From assembly GCF_009914755.1 (NCBI RefSeq), contig NC_060928.1: DNA of 64,000 nt; one strand, given 5' to 3'. Numbering within the stretch: position 1 is the stretch's first letter; every line of letters begins with the position of its first letter. The stretch is from the human T2T-CHM13v2.0 reference genome, Homo sapiens. The notes beneath the pieces are model-generated. The model worked only from the letters and a program-made list of their open reading frames with translations, did no database searches and was not told the origin of the DNA. Of the stretch, positions 44,795 through 57,919 are shown piece after piece. The position numbers and the translations under genes were made by a program.

Positions 44795-45694
44795 GTGCTA
44801 CCACAGGATTTGACCACGGGGATGATTTGTTGAGATGGAGATGGCAGTAAATGTTATTTAAAATGAAGAGGGCAAACCATGCATTATCAGCCTGTTGAAT
44901 AGGTCTTCCTCTTGGATTTTGAATTCAATAAAAATGCTGATAGACAGGTAGATGTAGAAAACAAAATTGGTGGATCAGCAATTATAAAGTCAGATTGGGT
45001 AGAACTGGCTAGTGCGGAAGAACAAAAGAAAACCTCTGCTTGAGAAGGCTACAAAGAAGGCAATCTCCTCAGATCCTCAGAAGATTCTGAAGTGTCAGTT
45101 GGGACAAAGGAACTGGAGGGAATTTACAGGGAAGACAGAATATACGGGAACATACTGATCGTAGAACAGTATTTCAAGGACGTGATAGGTTTTGGAGAAG
45201 AATGGTGGGAACAGAAGAGGATATCGTTTTCTAGGCATCAATCTACATTGAGTTTGTAAAAACACTGATATCTGTAGTTTTTAGAACAGCAATACCACAC
45301 AAAAAGAGAAACACAGAACTCATTACATTGTTCCGAGGAACCATCGATATGTGTGTGTCCATTAGTCCCCCAACAGAGTGGAAGGGTTTATAAGGTAGGG
45401 AAGCATTGATGGAAGGGAGTAAATAGAAGAATATCGAAAGAAGTATGAAGATGAGAGTGTAGGTGCTACTGGATGACCATAGTGGCAGTGATGATATAAA
45501 TGGTGATGGGAAACAAGACAGAAACAATTATTTGTAGGAGGTGGGCATTCTGCATCAGGGTCTAACTTTGTCATCTGATCTGTCGTTGGCACTGATAACT
45601 TCTGCTTAATACTTTCAAGCACATTCTCTTTCCTTATTTTGTTATCAAAAGATTCTCCAAAATATTATATTTGACATTTCTGTTCTAATCTTAC

Positions 45695-45915
45695 TATAAC
45701 ATAGTGGTTAAGATTTCAGTTTTCAGAACCAAAAAGATCTGGGTTTGTATCATAATTCTTCTATTTATTGGCTATGTGACCTTGTCATGTTGCTTTACCT
45801 CCAGACAGTAATATGGGGATAATATCACCTACCTCATAACTTTATCCTGAAAGTCGTTGTGAAATGCCAAGCACAAAATGTGGTATACAGTAGTTGGTCA
45901 TGTTAATTTTTATTA
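45695..45915 (+). mobile_element. MIR
   Basis: atagtggttaaga...ggctatgtgaccttg...atggggataata...cctacctcata. Confidence 0.8.
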
Positions 45916-46091
45916 GCTGTTACTATTCTAGCCTAAGCCCTTTTTATGTTGATATCTCAGCAAGCTATTTGAATTATCTGCTTCTATACATTATTACTTG
46001 ATTCCCAAAATTCCTCTCAGATTACTTTTCTAAAATTTTGCTTTCATTTTATCACTCTCCTGGTTCTGGTAGTGGAATAATTTACTGATAT

Positions 46092-47010
46092 TGTGTCCGG
46101 AATTGCTGGGTTCTTGGTCTCGCTGACTTCAAGAATGAAGCCGCGGCCCCTTGCAGTGAGTGTTACAGTTCTTAAAGACGGTGTGTCTGGAGTTTGTTCC
46201 TTCACATGTTCAGATGTGTCCGGAGTTTCTTCCTTCTGGTGGGTTCACGGTCTCGCTGGCTTCACGAGTGAAGCTGTAGACCTTCGTGGTGAGTGTTACA
46301 GCTCATAAAGGTGGCGTGGACACAAACAGTGAGCAGCAGCAAGATTTATTGCAAAGAGCAGAAGAACAAAGCTTCCACAGCGTGGAAAGGGACCCGAGCG
46401 AGTTGCTGCTGCTGGCTTGGGTGGCCTGCTTTTATTCCCTTATCTGGCCCCACCTACATCCTGCTGATTGGTCCATTTTACAGAGAGCTGATTGGTCCAT
46501 TTTACAGAGTTGATTGGTCCGTTTTGACAGAGCACTGACTGGTGCATTTACAAACCTTTAGCTAGACACAGAGTGCTGATTGGTGTGTTTACAAACCCTT
46601 AGCTAGACAGAAAAGTTCTCCAGGTCCCTCCACAACCCAGAAGCCCAGCTGGCTTCACCTCTCAATGGCACTCGCTGTGGGACTTTGCGGCATCTAGCCC
46701 AGGCACTCCGGCAGCCCAAAGGGAGCTCATCCCCCAGTCAAGCCCAGTAGGCGCCGGCCGGCTGCGCCCAGTGCAGGGCCCGCTGAGCCTGCACCCATCC
46801 GGAACCCAGCTCCCCGGCTCCTGCCCGCGCCTCTCCCTCCACACCTTCTGGCAAGCAGATGGAGCCAGCTCTGGTCTCGGCCAGTCCCAGAGAGTGTCCC
46901 CCACAGTGTAGCGGCGGGCTGAAGGGCTCCTTGAGTGCAGCCAGAGCAGATGCCGAAGCCAAGGAGATGCTGAGAATGAGCGAGGGCTGCTAGCATGTTG
47001 TCACCTCTCA
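46092..47010 (-). mobile_element. LTR12-family (ERV9) solo LTR
   Basis: tgtgtccggaatt...gtcacctctca; ctgattgg repeats; perfect TSD atat. Confidence 0.96.
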
Positions 47011-47064
47011 ATATCTCCTGCCTGAAATCCAGAATTCAGATCTGTGTTTCCTGGAGATGCTCAG

Positions 47065-47270
47065 CGTACTGAAAATAGTAAATAATTTGGAACCAAAAAG
47101 AACTGGATTCCAAGCCAGGCTTGACTGCTTACTAGTTGTTGTGCCTTTGGTATTTCTAATATTTATAAGCATTAATTTCCTCACCTACAAAATTGGGATA
47201 AACATTGAATTTCTACAGCCTGTAGTGATGTTTAAATAAAATAATATAAAATGCTTGGCACATATTAGAC
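47065..47270 (+). mobile_element. MIR
   Basis: ctggattccaagcc...ttactagttgttgtgcctttgg...tttcctcacctacaaaattgggata. Confidence 0.7.
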
Positions 47271-47570
47271 AGAAAAAAAACATTATATTTCTATAACTTG
47301 GCCCTATTCGTATCCAAATTTAACATAAATGGATTTAGACCTTTCCAAAACATCTTTACATAAACATGATTAGATTATTCCATTGTACTATAAGAGTTTA
47401 TGTATTTCTCTCATTTATTGGCTTAAAAGTTATTTTTAGAAGTAATTTATGATTTTTGTTTTCTTTACCCCATTTTGAAAGCTCTTGTATCCAACCTAGT
47501 GTGTGGTGTCTGGTAAGAAATTAGTAAATACATAAATATTTCTTGATTGGATGAATACACAACTTTTCCC

Positions 47571-48122
47571 TGTAAATGGGAGAAAATATATAACTTCTTT
47601 TCTCAACCCCTTAAGTGCATAGTGGGAACACTTCTGTAACAAAAGACAGATTAACAAGAGAAAAACAGACATTTTTATCTATCTGTGCAGTGTACACCAC
47701 ACGGGAGAAACCTCAGTTCAAAAGTTTCTCATAATATGATGGCTTAGGGTTCCTGCTTATATAGCATATCTAACAAAGAACAATCAATTTAGAAGTGTTA
47801 AGACAGAAATAACAAGCAGCTTTAGGGTCCCAAATGTGGGAAAAGCTGCATAAAAATAGTCAAAGTCTGTTCCCAAATTCCTTTGACTCTGCTAGTGCCA
47901 CCTCTGGGCTGATAAGCAAGCGAGAACTTATATCTCCATCTACATGTGGAAAGAGAAGGCAGAGCCCCCCTGCATCTTTTTTATAGGAATGTTTATAGCC
48001 TGCCATAGGTAAGAAAGGGAAAGTCAGTCTTTTCTGTAACTGCTGCTTCCCAATTGCAGTAAGCTTAAAACTATGTATGTCAAAGAGGTGTATTTTGGGG
48101 TGAAATATTCTCCTTTTCTTCA
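47571..48122 (-). mobile_element. MER34-family solo LTR
   Basis: ctgtaacaaaagacagattaacaagagaaaaac and terminus gtattttggggtgaaatattct...cttca. Confidence 0.8.
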
Positions 48123-48244
48123 CTTGCAAAAATCACTATGAAGTTTTAACATTCTCATTTTACTAAAATAAATAATATATAACAATCAGTATCAGAATGA
48201 TTAAATTTAGCATAATTTTTTTTATTCCATGAATTCTCAGAATT

Positions 48245-48567
48245 AAGCTGGAGGACTTTATCCTTAGCAAACCAATGCAGGAACAGAAAACCAAATGCTG
48301 CGTGTTCTCACAAATGAATTGGATCTAATGATGAGAACACATGGACACAAAGGTAGGAACAACACACACTAGAGCCTATCAGAGGGTGGATGGTGAGAGG
48401 AGGGAGAGGGTCAGGAAAATAACAAATGGGTACTAGGATTAATATACCTGGGTGACAAAATAATCTGTACAACAAACCCCCATGACACAAATTTACCTAT
48501 ATAACAAACCTGCACATGTACCCTTGAACTTAAAAGTTAAACAAAACAAAGAAACAGAAAAAAAAAC
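48245..48567 (+). mobile_element. L1PA11-13-like 3' end
   Basis: caggaacagaaaaccaaa...aatctgtacaacaaacccccatgacac...aacctgcacatgtaccc plus A-rich tail. Confidence 0.9.
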
Positions 48568-49299
48568 TATTTTAAGCTCTGCTGGAGTCATTTGTATGAA
48601 AAACAAAGAAAAGGAGAAGAGATAAAATAATTTGCAACTAACTGTGTTATCTAGAACAAGTGCCACCCTACTGATTGGCTTTAATTTAGATATAATAAAG
48701 GCATGTATGGTTTACCTTCATTTTTCAAATATTAGTGAATTTGATATGGCCTACAGTAAAGTAAAATTTTAACTTCAAAGCCTCTGCTAAGAATTTTAAT
48801 GGAAAGATGGTTCTGTTTTGGACAGGATACATGGCTACATACTACCTACTAGTAATAGTCTCTAAACCAGGAAATTACGTGGTTTGATCTAGAGATAAGG
48901 TGGAGAATGAAACTCATCTGGATAATAATGTAAATCTATATCTTCCATTGTGATTACAGACAACCTTTAAAAATTGTATTACCCGAGGAAAAAAAAATTA
49001 TCTTTCTTTCTGAGTATTATGGCTTGTATAACCCCTAACGATTAAATTAATATTTATTCTAGAACAATGTATATGTTTGTATATGTATGTTTCCTTATAC
49101 TGTTAGAAATACTACAAAGCCACAAATTTGGATTGTCAATAGCACACATTTTTTTTTTTGATACCATAGAGTACTAATGGTCATTCTGATGAAAACTGAA
49201 AACATCTATATCCACATGCCTTAGTTGATTTTTTTCTAAAAACAAACAAAACAAACAAACAAAAAATTTAAAAAACACTCTAACATGAAACTAAACCAG

Positions 49300-49658
49300 T
49301 AAACAACTTTACTGTTTTCTTCAAGAAATTCCTACAAATCAATTTATCAGAGATAAGTTTGTTCATCTCAGTAAATAGATCATTTATCAAAGGTTTACTT
49401 ATCATGTCAACACCTCACCTCAATGCATTCACCAACCCTAAACTACTGTGTTATGAACATTGTCCAATTCTAATAATTTTCCTGCTTGAAAAAATCTGCT
49501 TTAAACTCATCCCATTTTGAAAACTCTTGAGCCAAACTCCAAATCCTCTAAATTTCCTCCAATACTAAGACTCTGTCTGCTTTACTACAATGAGTTTGAA
49601 TACATTCTGTCAGTCTTTATGAACAAGGTGTCTGATGACACTTTTGGGAATTCAACAT
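49300..49658 (+). mobile_element. Old ERV1 LTR remnant (MER90/MER110-like)
   Basis: Weak recall of motifs and the terminus tttgggaattcaaca. Confidence 0.4.
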
Positions 49659-51179
49659 CAGGCATTTCTTGCCAGTGCCACAGATAATGCTGGTTTGTTT
49701 TTGTTTTTTTACCTAATCGTATGTATTGCCTTAGTGAGGAGGAGAAGAGAAGGCCCAAAGTAAATACCGTTCTTGTGGGTAGTGGTAGTGTATTGCTAAG
49801 GTGACAAGGAAAATTTATTCTCTGACTACATCATAAAGCAGCATCTCTCCTTGAATGATGGAGCAGCGTGAACTTGAGATTGGGGAAAAGGCTCTGAACT
49901 GGTGTATGTCCACAGATGGAGACACCAGGCCAGGGTCAGTCTTTTCTTTGTACTCTGGCAACAGTCATATTTAGTATATTAAAGTCCTGCCATATCTCAT
50001 TACCTACCTACCCTCTCTAGTTATGCCTATACCTTCAAGTCACAGACACCCACTAGTCTAGTGGTGTAGGGAATTACAGAGCTAACAGCAAATGACAGTA
50101 TTGTCTTCCCTAATACTTTGCACTGAAGCTGAGACAGCAACAACTTCACTCCTCCACAGAAGCTGGCTAGCAAGGAGTGCCCCACAGGGCAATGTAGCAG
50201 CACGGGTGGGCTCTGAAAAGGATGACAGATACCTCCCTCCCCTTTCTCACGTATGATTTTTTAAAAGTATTTTCACGAAAAAGGGCAGTAGAACTTTGGG
50301 TTAGAGTTACAAAGGGATAGTTACCACTTTATCTTTTCTCTGAAGTCTCTTCGTTTTTCTGTCCAGTAAAGAAGAAACAAGAAATTAACTGCAATTCCTG
50401 CTGTGAACTTCTATCTCCCCACAGGCCTGTGGATGTCTAGAGGAGACACTGTCATTATTTCCAAGGCAAAAGCAGAAAAAGGAGGTTGATGCTCAGGAAG
50501 AGGTTGGTCGAAGGCTGCTGGGTGGTTCTAGAGCTGTAACTAGTAATTAAAGTTCATTAATCAGCTGTCTCAGCCAGGGGCACTAGGCCGGCTGCTATTT
50601 TGATCAAACAATTATTTATCCTGATAAGGGGGGAACATGTGAGAAGCTTCTTGGCAGCAGAATTTGTTTCTTTATTTTAAAGCAAGATGATAAATTATCC
50701 CAGAAAATGGGTTCTTGTTTTTTTCTAAGAATATACATGCATATAAAAGTAATATGTGAAGTGCAACACTATAATATTAATACAACTCTTTCTAACTAAA
50801 ATTAATATTGATTTTTTTAAAAACCCAGGATTAGTAAGGGTATAAATAATCTTTGCTACCTAGTTAATTATTCATTGTATGATAATCCCTGTTTCTGTAG
50901 TCATCTAAATGTTGATCTCCTCCACAGTGTTTTTTTGTGACTGACTAATGTTGGAAATGCAGAAGACCCAACGAGAAATGGAGTTTCCCCTTGTCTTTCA
51001 GTTACAAGGTTAACTATGTCTTTTAAATGGGTAGTTGGCATATGATACAACAAGGAGGGCACCAATGGATGAATAAAGAAATCAAAGTTCCTGCCTGGGC
51101 TCAGCAATAAATTCCTATGGCCTTGGGGAAATCATTTAACCTTGTGAACAACAATTTACATTTTTCTAATTCCCTAGAT

Positions 51180-51512
51180 CAAGGGTTGGCAAACTTTTTT
51201 TCTTTTACTTAATAGTAAATATTTTAGGCTTTGCAGGCCATTTGGTCTCTTGCAACATCTCAATTCTGCTCCTGTATTGCAAAAACAGCTATAGACAATA
51301 TGTAAATGAATGGGCATGGCTAAGTTCCAGTAAAACTTTACTTATGAACAGTGAAATTTGAATTACATGTCATTTTCATGTGTCATAAAATATATTTTGT
51401 TTGTTTGTGTCCCAACCACTTTAAAATATAAAAATGATTCCTAGTTTGTGAGCTGTATAGAAACAGGCTGCAGGCTGGATTTGGCCCATGGGCCATGGTT
51501 TACTAACCACTG
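51180..51512 (+). mobile_element. MER58B hAT-Charlie MITE
   Basis: Terminal repeats caagggttggcaaact / ggtttactaaccactg; 8 bp TSD ccctagat / ctctagat. Confidence 0.92.
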
Positions 51513-52184
51513 CTCTAGATGCTTCCTAACGATAAAATTCCCTTTGGTTTTCTAGAGTTTGGAAAAGACAAAGAATAAGCCAATTCTTAGATGAATAATT
51601 AAAATGATAATAAAGAGGCTTTTAGAGAAGTTGTAAGAGACAGCGTGATGAAGCGATGTTTTTGGAAGGGTATAACAAGCAACTAGCTGAAGTGAAAGAT
51701 TACACAGAAAAAAGGAGTAGCTCAAAAGAATAGACTTGCCTGGTTGATAACCAGAATATCTAAGCAACACATCTTTGACTTAAACTAAAACAGAAATTAA
51801 ACTATAAGAAACTCTAGGGTCAAGTAGACATGACTGTAGACAGGACATTATGTTTGTACACATGCACATTTGCATGTATAGTGGTCATTGACACACAGAG
51901 CCACACAGAAACCCTTGAGTGACTATGAAGAAGATAAGACATGCCTAATAACATGTGCTTGTGAGAAAAGAGGAACAAAGATATGAGCATAGGATGAGTA
52001 GGAATAAAAGCATTTTAAGTAAGCTTGCAAAAGAGCTGCCTGTTGTATTGGGATAATTTGCTTAAGAATAAGTTACACAGTAATAGGTGTGGCAAGAGCA
52101 GGTTGGCATATTGCATACTGATTTCTGCATATATCAACAAGAGGCAAGAAAAAGTAGTATTATTTAATGCGTAACACCAACGCA

Positions 52185-52613
52185 GACATTCAGAAACTTG
52201 TATTCTCCTCTGTTTTTCCTCTCCAGTTGTCAGGTATTGACCGTTCCTGTGATATTTGATAAAAGATGTTTCACATTATAATAGAGTGATTTATAACATT
52301 CAAGTCCTTAAAACATTTATCAAATGCAAACAGATGTGAAACTATTGTCTTTTCATTTTATGTGGCTAAGATGGGTGATACTTTTTCTTGTAATGTCTCT
52401 TTCACATTTTAGTATCAGAGTTATGCCATCCTCATAAAACAATTTGGGGTGTGTTATCTCCACCTTTATTTTCTGAAAAAGCCTTATGTAAGACATTATT
52501 TCTTCTTTAGATGATTTATAGATTTCAGTGATGAGCCATATGGGCCTACAGTTTTCTTTGTGGAAAGCTTTTGGTGATGGAGTCAATTCCTTTAAAAGTT
52601 ACAGAGCTATTAA
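52185..52613 (+). repeat. Copy 1 of a 429 bp direct duplication
   Basis: Aligns to 53722-54150 at offset 1537, with about 92% identity by hand count. Confidence 0.96.
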
Positions 52614-53721
52614 TGAAAGAGTTGATACGATTACAGTTTCATCTACTGGCTCTAAAGGAGGTGACCTGTATTATTACTATCTGGGTAATGTGCTGAGTTA
52701 TGTTTTTGATAGGGTACGACTGTTTTAATAAACATACTAGAGTGGCATGGGTCTGTGACTTGCCTTATTTATTCAGGCCAATGTCTTCAAAGACTTCAGC
52801 CTGATCAGCATGACTATTAATTTATTTTTCTATCTAGTAGCAATTTGATAAAGGCATTCCAAAAAGATGGCTTCCTTTGGCCATCTATGAAGATAAACTG
52901 TATCACAAAGGATTGAGATAGTTCCTAATTCATCAAAACTGTATTCACTCTGATATTATATTAAAGGTGAAGAAAATACAGACACATTGGAAATATTCTT
53001 ACAAATGTATTTCATGAATAAAAGCAATAAATAGCACTGGAGTGTCTTCTATAGGGAGTTGTTTAAAGTAATTAATAAGTAGGATTCAACTAAGTGCCGA
53101 TTAAAGAAGAAATATTAGCATTCTTCCTAAGAGTCATAACCATTAATTTGACTCCCCTTTTACTCATCAAATATACTCAGATGTGTAATAAAAATTAATA
53201 AGATATTATTAGGGAAAAATTAATTAGATGTTGTTAAGAAAAGATTTTTACAATTTCACATGGAAAAAATTGCTGACAATAGGTTTTGTCTTAAAGTAGA
53301 CAAAGAGAATTATTTTAATGGACTCAAAAATATTCATCAAGGAGAGAAGTCACAGACTACACAATAACTAGTCTTGTATTAAGTAAATGCATTAATTTTT
53401 CTGTTTTAGAACTCTGCTAGTAAGATTTAGTGGCATGGTATTCTAGGATTTTGTGGTTATTATTCTTATTTCACAATAAGCCACTCAGCCTTATCTGGGT
53501 TTAATATGTATGAGAGCTCGATTTTGGGAATGTTTGTCAAGGCATTCTTTAGAATCCAACAAATCAAGGAGCACCTATTAAGTTGCTGAGACATTAGTGC
53601 TCTCAGAAGTCAAGTTATGGTGTATACTAAAATCAGTAAGTTCTCTGCCTTCAGTTTCCGTTAACAACAATGCCACTGCAATTCCTGATGCTTTGTAAAA
53701 TAATGTTAGCTATGTTTGGCT

Positions 53722-54150
53722 GACATGCAGAAACTTGTATTTCTCTTCTGTTTTTCCTCTCCAGTCATCAGATATTGATCATTCCTGTGATATTTGATAA
53801 AAGATGTTTCACATTATAGTAGAGTGATTTATAACATTCAAGTCCTTAAGACATTTATCAAATGCAAACAGATGTGAAACTATTGCCTTTTCATTTTATG
53901 TGGCTAAGTTGGGTGATAATTTTTCTTGTAATATCTCTGTCACATTTTAGTATCAGGGTTATACCATCCTCATAAAACAAGTTGGGGTGTATTATTGCCA
54001 CCTTTATTTTCTGAAAAAGCCTTATGTAAGACTTATTTTTTCTTTAGGTGATTTATAGATTTCAGTGATGAGCCATAAGGGCCTACAGTTTTCTTTGTGG
54101 AAGGGTTTTGGTAATAGGTTCAATTCCTTTAAAAGTTACAGAGCTATTAA
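53722..54150 (+). repeat. Copy 2 (probable donor) of the 429 bp direct duplication
   Basis: The L1M portion continues past the end of this copy only. Confidence 0.96.
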
Positions 54151-54440
54151 AATTTTCTATTTCCTCTTTTGTCAGATTTGGTAAATTGTGTTTTTCAAGA
54201 TTTTTTTCATTCCACTTAAATAATCATATTTATCAGGATAAAGTTCTTTATAATATTATCTTTTCAATATCTATGAGCTCTGTAATCATATCAACTCCTT
54301 CGTTGCTATAGGTAATTTGTGTTTCTTTACTTATTTCTTGATCAATCCTTGTTAAGATTACCAATTTTATTAATCATTTCAACAAAATATTTGTGGCTTT
54401 GTAAACTTACTCTGTTGTTTGTTCATTTTCTATTAATATT
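53905..54440 (-). mobile_element. Old L1M ORF2 fragment
   Basis: ttttagtatcagggttata...cctcataaaac; gagccataagggcct; tttggtaaattgtgtttttcaag. Confidence 0.7.
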
Positions 54441-54444
54441 TCTA

Positions 54445-55765
54445 ATAGAAATATGTACAGTAAAGACCATTCTGATAAGGTGTGATGGAAATGAGGAATA
54501 TCTTACTGTGAATTGGAGTAAAAGCCATCCTTGTTATACTGTAGCAAGGAACTTGCCTCCATTGTGTCCATGTTCTAGGGTTTTATGAAGGTGAAACTTA
54601 AGAATGTTGAACTAGGATTTCTGGAAAAAATTTCTAAACAAATTAGAGAAGGAGCTGTGTGGTTACTTTGACCTGCTTATACTGAGATCTGGGAGCAAAT
54701 GAATAATTTAAAACAGAATTTACAACTAAAGGGCAGCAAAGCCGAAAAAATCTGGAAAAGTCACAGCCTGATCATGTTAAGAGTAAAAAAGCAAGTTTGG
54801 GAGAGATTGCTGAGGGTGTGGCCCAGTGACTACTTTCTAATAAGATTAGCATGAAAACAAGAAAGATAAGTGTTGTGTGTTAGGACAACGGAGAAAAGGC
54901 ACAGGTCTAGAAGGGCAAAATGGCTTTGTGAGATGGGCCTGGAGTTCCCTGTATCCATACATTGCTGCTCCCTGGATCCTGGCTGCTCCAGCCATGGCTC
55001 AAGTGACTCCAGGTGTATCTTGTGCCGCAGCTTTGGAGGGCACAAGCAATAAGCCTCCGCAGCTTCCACATCCAGGTAGTGCTAATTCTGCAGGTCTGCA
55101 AAATGCAAGAGAGGTAGGGATGTGGTGGTCCCCAGCTAGACTTCAAAGGATATATCAACCTGCCTGGGAATCCAAGCAAAAACTTGCTCCAGGGGTGAAG
55201 TTGCCACAGGTAGTCCCTACTATGGCAATGTCTAGTGGAGTGTTGGAGTGCAGCCACTGCTGGGTTGGGCCACTGGCAGCATGCAACATCCACCTGGGGA
55301 GCTATAGACACTGGGCTCCAACTCATCTAAGTAACCATCTGAGCTGTGCATCCAGCACAGCCCTAGGAGCAGATCTGCCTAAGGCCTTGGGGGCCCAACC
55401 CCAGCCCCAGTATGTCCAGGAGACAGCATATGGAATAAAGTATCATTTTGCAGTTTTAAGATGAAATTTCTACCCTGCTGAGTTTTAGATTTGCTTGGGC
55501 TGGTCACTTCTTTCTTTTGGCCTATTTTCTCCTTTTGGAAATCAAAATGTTTACCCAATACGTCTCCTACCATTTTATCTTCAAAGTAGATAACTTGTTT
55601 TGCATTTTACAGGTTCATGGCTGGAGGGAGCCTGCCTTGAGACTCAAATGAGATTTTGAACTTTAAACGATCCAGTTGTTGCTGAAACAGGTAAGACTTT
55701 GCAGCTATAGGGTGATTGTATTTCGTACTTGAAAAAGACATGAGTTTGAGGGGCCAGGGGCCGAA
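54445..55765 (+). mobile_element. MST internal region (MaLR), 5' LTR absent
   Basis: gatggaaatgaggaa...aattggagtaaaagccatccttgttat; purine tract gaggggccagggg before the LTR. Confidence 0.85.
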
Positions 55766-56193
55766 TGCTATTGGTTTGACTGTGTCCCCTCTGAAACTTA
55801 TGTTGAAATTTGATTCCCAATTTGGCAGTGTTTGGAGGTGGGCCTACTGCGAGGTGTTTGAAACATGGGAGTACTGCCCTCATGAATAGATTAATGCTGT
55901 CTTAAAGGAGTAAGTTCTTGCTCTTGCAGAAATTAATTAGTTCCCATGAGAGTGGGTTGTTATAAGTGAGCCCAGCCTCTCATGCGTGTCCCTTTGCACT
56001 CATCTGCTCGCCTTACTGCTTGTCTGCTATGTTGTGATGTAGCACATGGCCCTAACTAAAAGGTGAGCAGATAACAGTATCATGCTCTTGGACTAGAATT
56101 GTCACCAGAATTGTGAAACAAATGAATCTATTTTCTTTATAAATTACCCAGTCTCAGGGATTCTGTTACGGCAACACAAAATGGACAAAGACA
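55766..56193 (+). mobile_element. MSTB-like 3' LTR
   Basis: tgctattggtttga...tataaattacccagtctcagg...aatggacaaagaca. Confidence 0.88.
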
Positions 56194-56475
56194 GGAGGTA
56201 ATTAGCATTAGATAAGATCCTCAGGGTAGGAACCTCATGAGATTGGCAGCTTTATAAGAAGAGGAAGAGAGACCTGAGCTGGAACATTTGCTCTGTCTTG
56301 CCACATAATGTCTCTTGCCAAGTCATGACACAGCAGGAAGGCCCTCATTAGATACCTGTGCCATGCTCTTGGACTTCCCAGCTTCTAGAAGAGTGAGCTA
56401 ACTAAATCTCCATTCTTTATAAAATTACCCATTCTGCAGAATTGAAATATCGCAACAGACAATATTTTAAGACAA
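56194..56475 (+). mobile_element. 3' part of an MSTC-like LTR
   Basis: Colinear with the MSTC at about 26070-26346 (gaggtaat...attagataag...gacctgagctgg). Confidence 0.8.
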
Positions 56476-56479
56476 TTAC

Positions 56480-57115
56480 ATCTTCAGACAATTAAGGCAT
56501 AATTAAAACAATAGAAATGTTGAACTTACAGAATGCAGGTGGTGGGATTATTGAGAAGGTGCTGGTCAAAAGACATAAAATTTCAGCTGGATAAACCTAG
56601 AGTTTACAAGGGTATTGGGAAATGGATTTAAAAAAAATACTTCTGGGAGAGTAATGTTGCAGTCTTTCAAAAAAGCAGTTTGCGTTAATTAAGGTTTTTA
56701 ATTCTGTATACTTCTAGGGATTTATTCTAAGGGAATTCATATGATTCACATACAGATTCCAATATACTAATCTCAGCATTATGTATACTAATGCAAATTT
56801 GAAAGCAATGAACATTGATTTAATAAACTGTCACATTCATATAATACCATGTAGGTATTAACATAGTAAGAAAAAAAGTATTCTAATATGAAAAGCTATA
56901 TTCATGACAAATTATTAATTTAAAATCAAGTTAAATGGTTTATTTATAATAATCCTTTCTTTCTCATATCTCTTTATATGCATGTAGACAGGATACCAAA
57001 ATGTTAACAGTGATATTCTCTGGGTAGTGGGATTATCAATTATAAATTCTCTTTTTGTATTATTTGTATTTTCTAAATTTCATAAAATAAATAGGTATTA
57101 TTTTATAATAAAGTT
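56480..57115 (+). mobile_element. Old L1M 3' end fragments
   Basis: ggtcaaaagacataaaatttcag and caaaatgttaacagtg...tctctgggtagtgggatta motifs. Confidence 0.6.
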
Positions 57116-57919
57116 TTCTAAAATTGCATTGCATACATCATGTAGCTTACCCTTCTTTTTTCTTTTAATTTCCAATTTATGTGTTTTCTAATCACAAGCA
57201 AGGTCAAGAAATTGAGAGAGAGGAGTTGGCTGAAGAATGAGATTCCCAAGGAAGATCAATAGTGAATAATGATAGAAAAGTAGAAGAAAGAGTCTAAACA
57301 AAGTTAGGGTAGACAGTGAATATCGATTGCTAAGTGGGAAATCATTGTGCTCAAGGAAAATGGGTATATTAGGAGAGCCAGAGAAGGATGATTGAGAGTA
57401 CTGAGTTCTACGTTGTAATGGTTTTTCACATATTTCCTATGTTTGACTTTACAGAAAGCAGGCAGTAGAATATAGCAAAGTTTCTCCAGATAAGATCCTG
57501 TCAACACTCAGGTGTCATTAGCCTTAAGCTGCATGAAGAGTAAGGCCAGTCATACCATTACACTATTGCAAGGTACACCAGTCTATGAGGGGCATCAAAA
57601 CAGTGAGAAAGCAGTAATAATGCAGTTGGGGCTCTACAAATAATTCTAGTTGTAACATGGAAACATGTAATCTAATCCTCCCTCTGCCAAAGTGGAAATG
57701 ATAATGATATTTCTTATTTAGTATTATGGTTTTGATTTAAAAATCCCTTTGTAGGCAGCAACCATTTCACTAGTAAATAAATATGAAGAAAACATTTAAA
57801 TATTGTCAATTTGAAATTATGCCACATTATTTTTCTGCCTAAGGGCCATAGTAGGTTGTAGTTCATTTGTGCATCCAATTACAAATCAGAAAAAGGGATT
57901 TAACAAGATTCCAGTAAAA

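Noticed and set aside
50130-50430. Acceptor-like sites ctcctccacag and tctccccacag
   Set aside because: No convincing paired donor or open frame; such motifs are common by chance.
54877-55464. Longest ORF in the track (195 aa)
   Set aside because: It lies wholly within degenerate MST internal sequence, has a non-ATG start and shows no recognisable domain.
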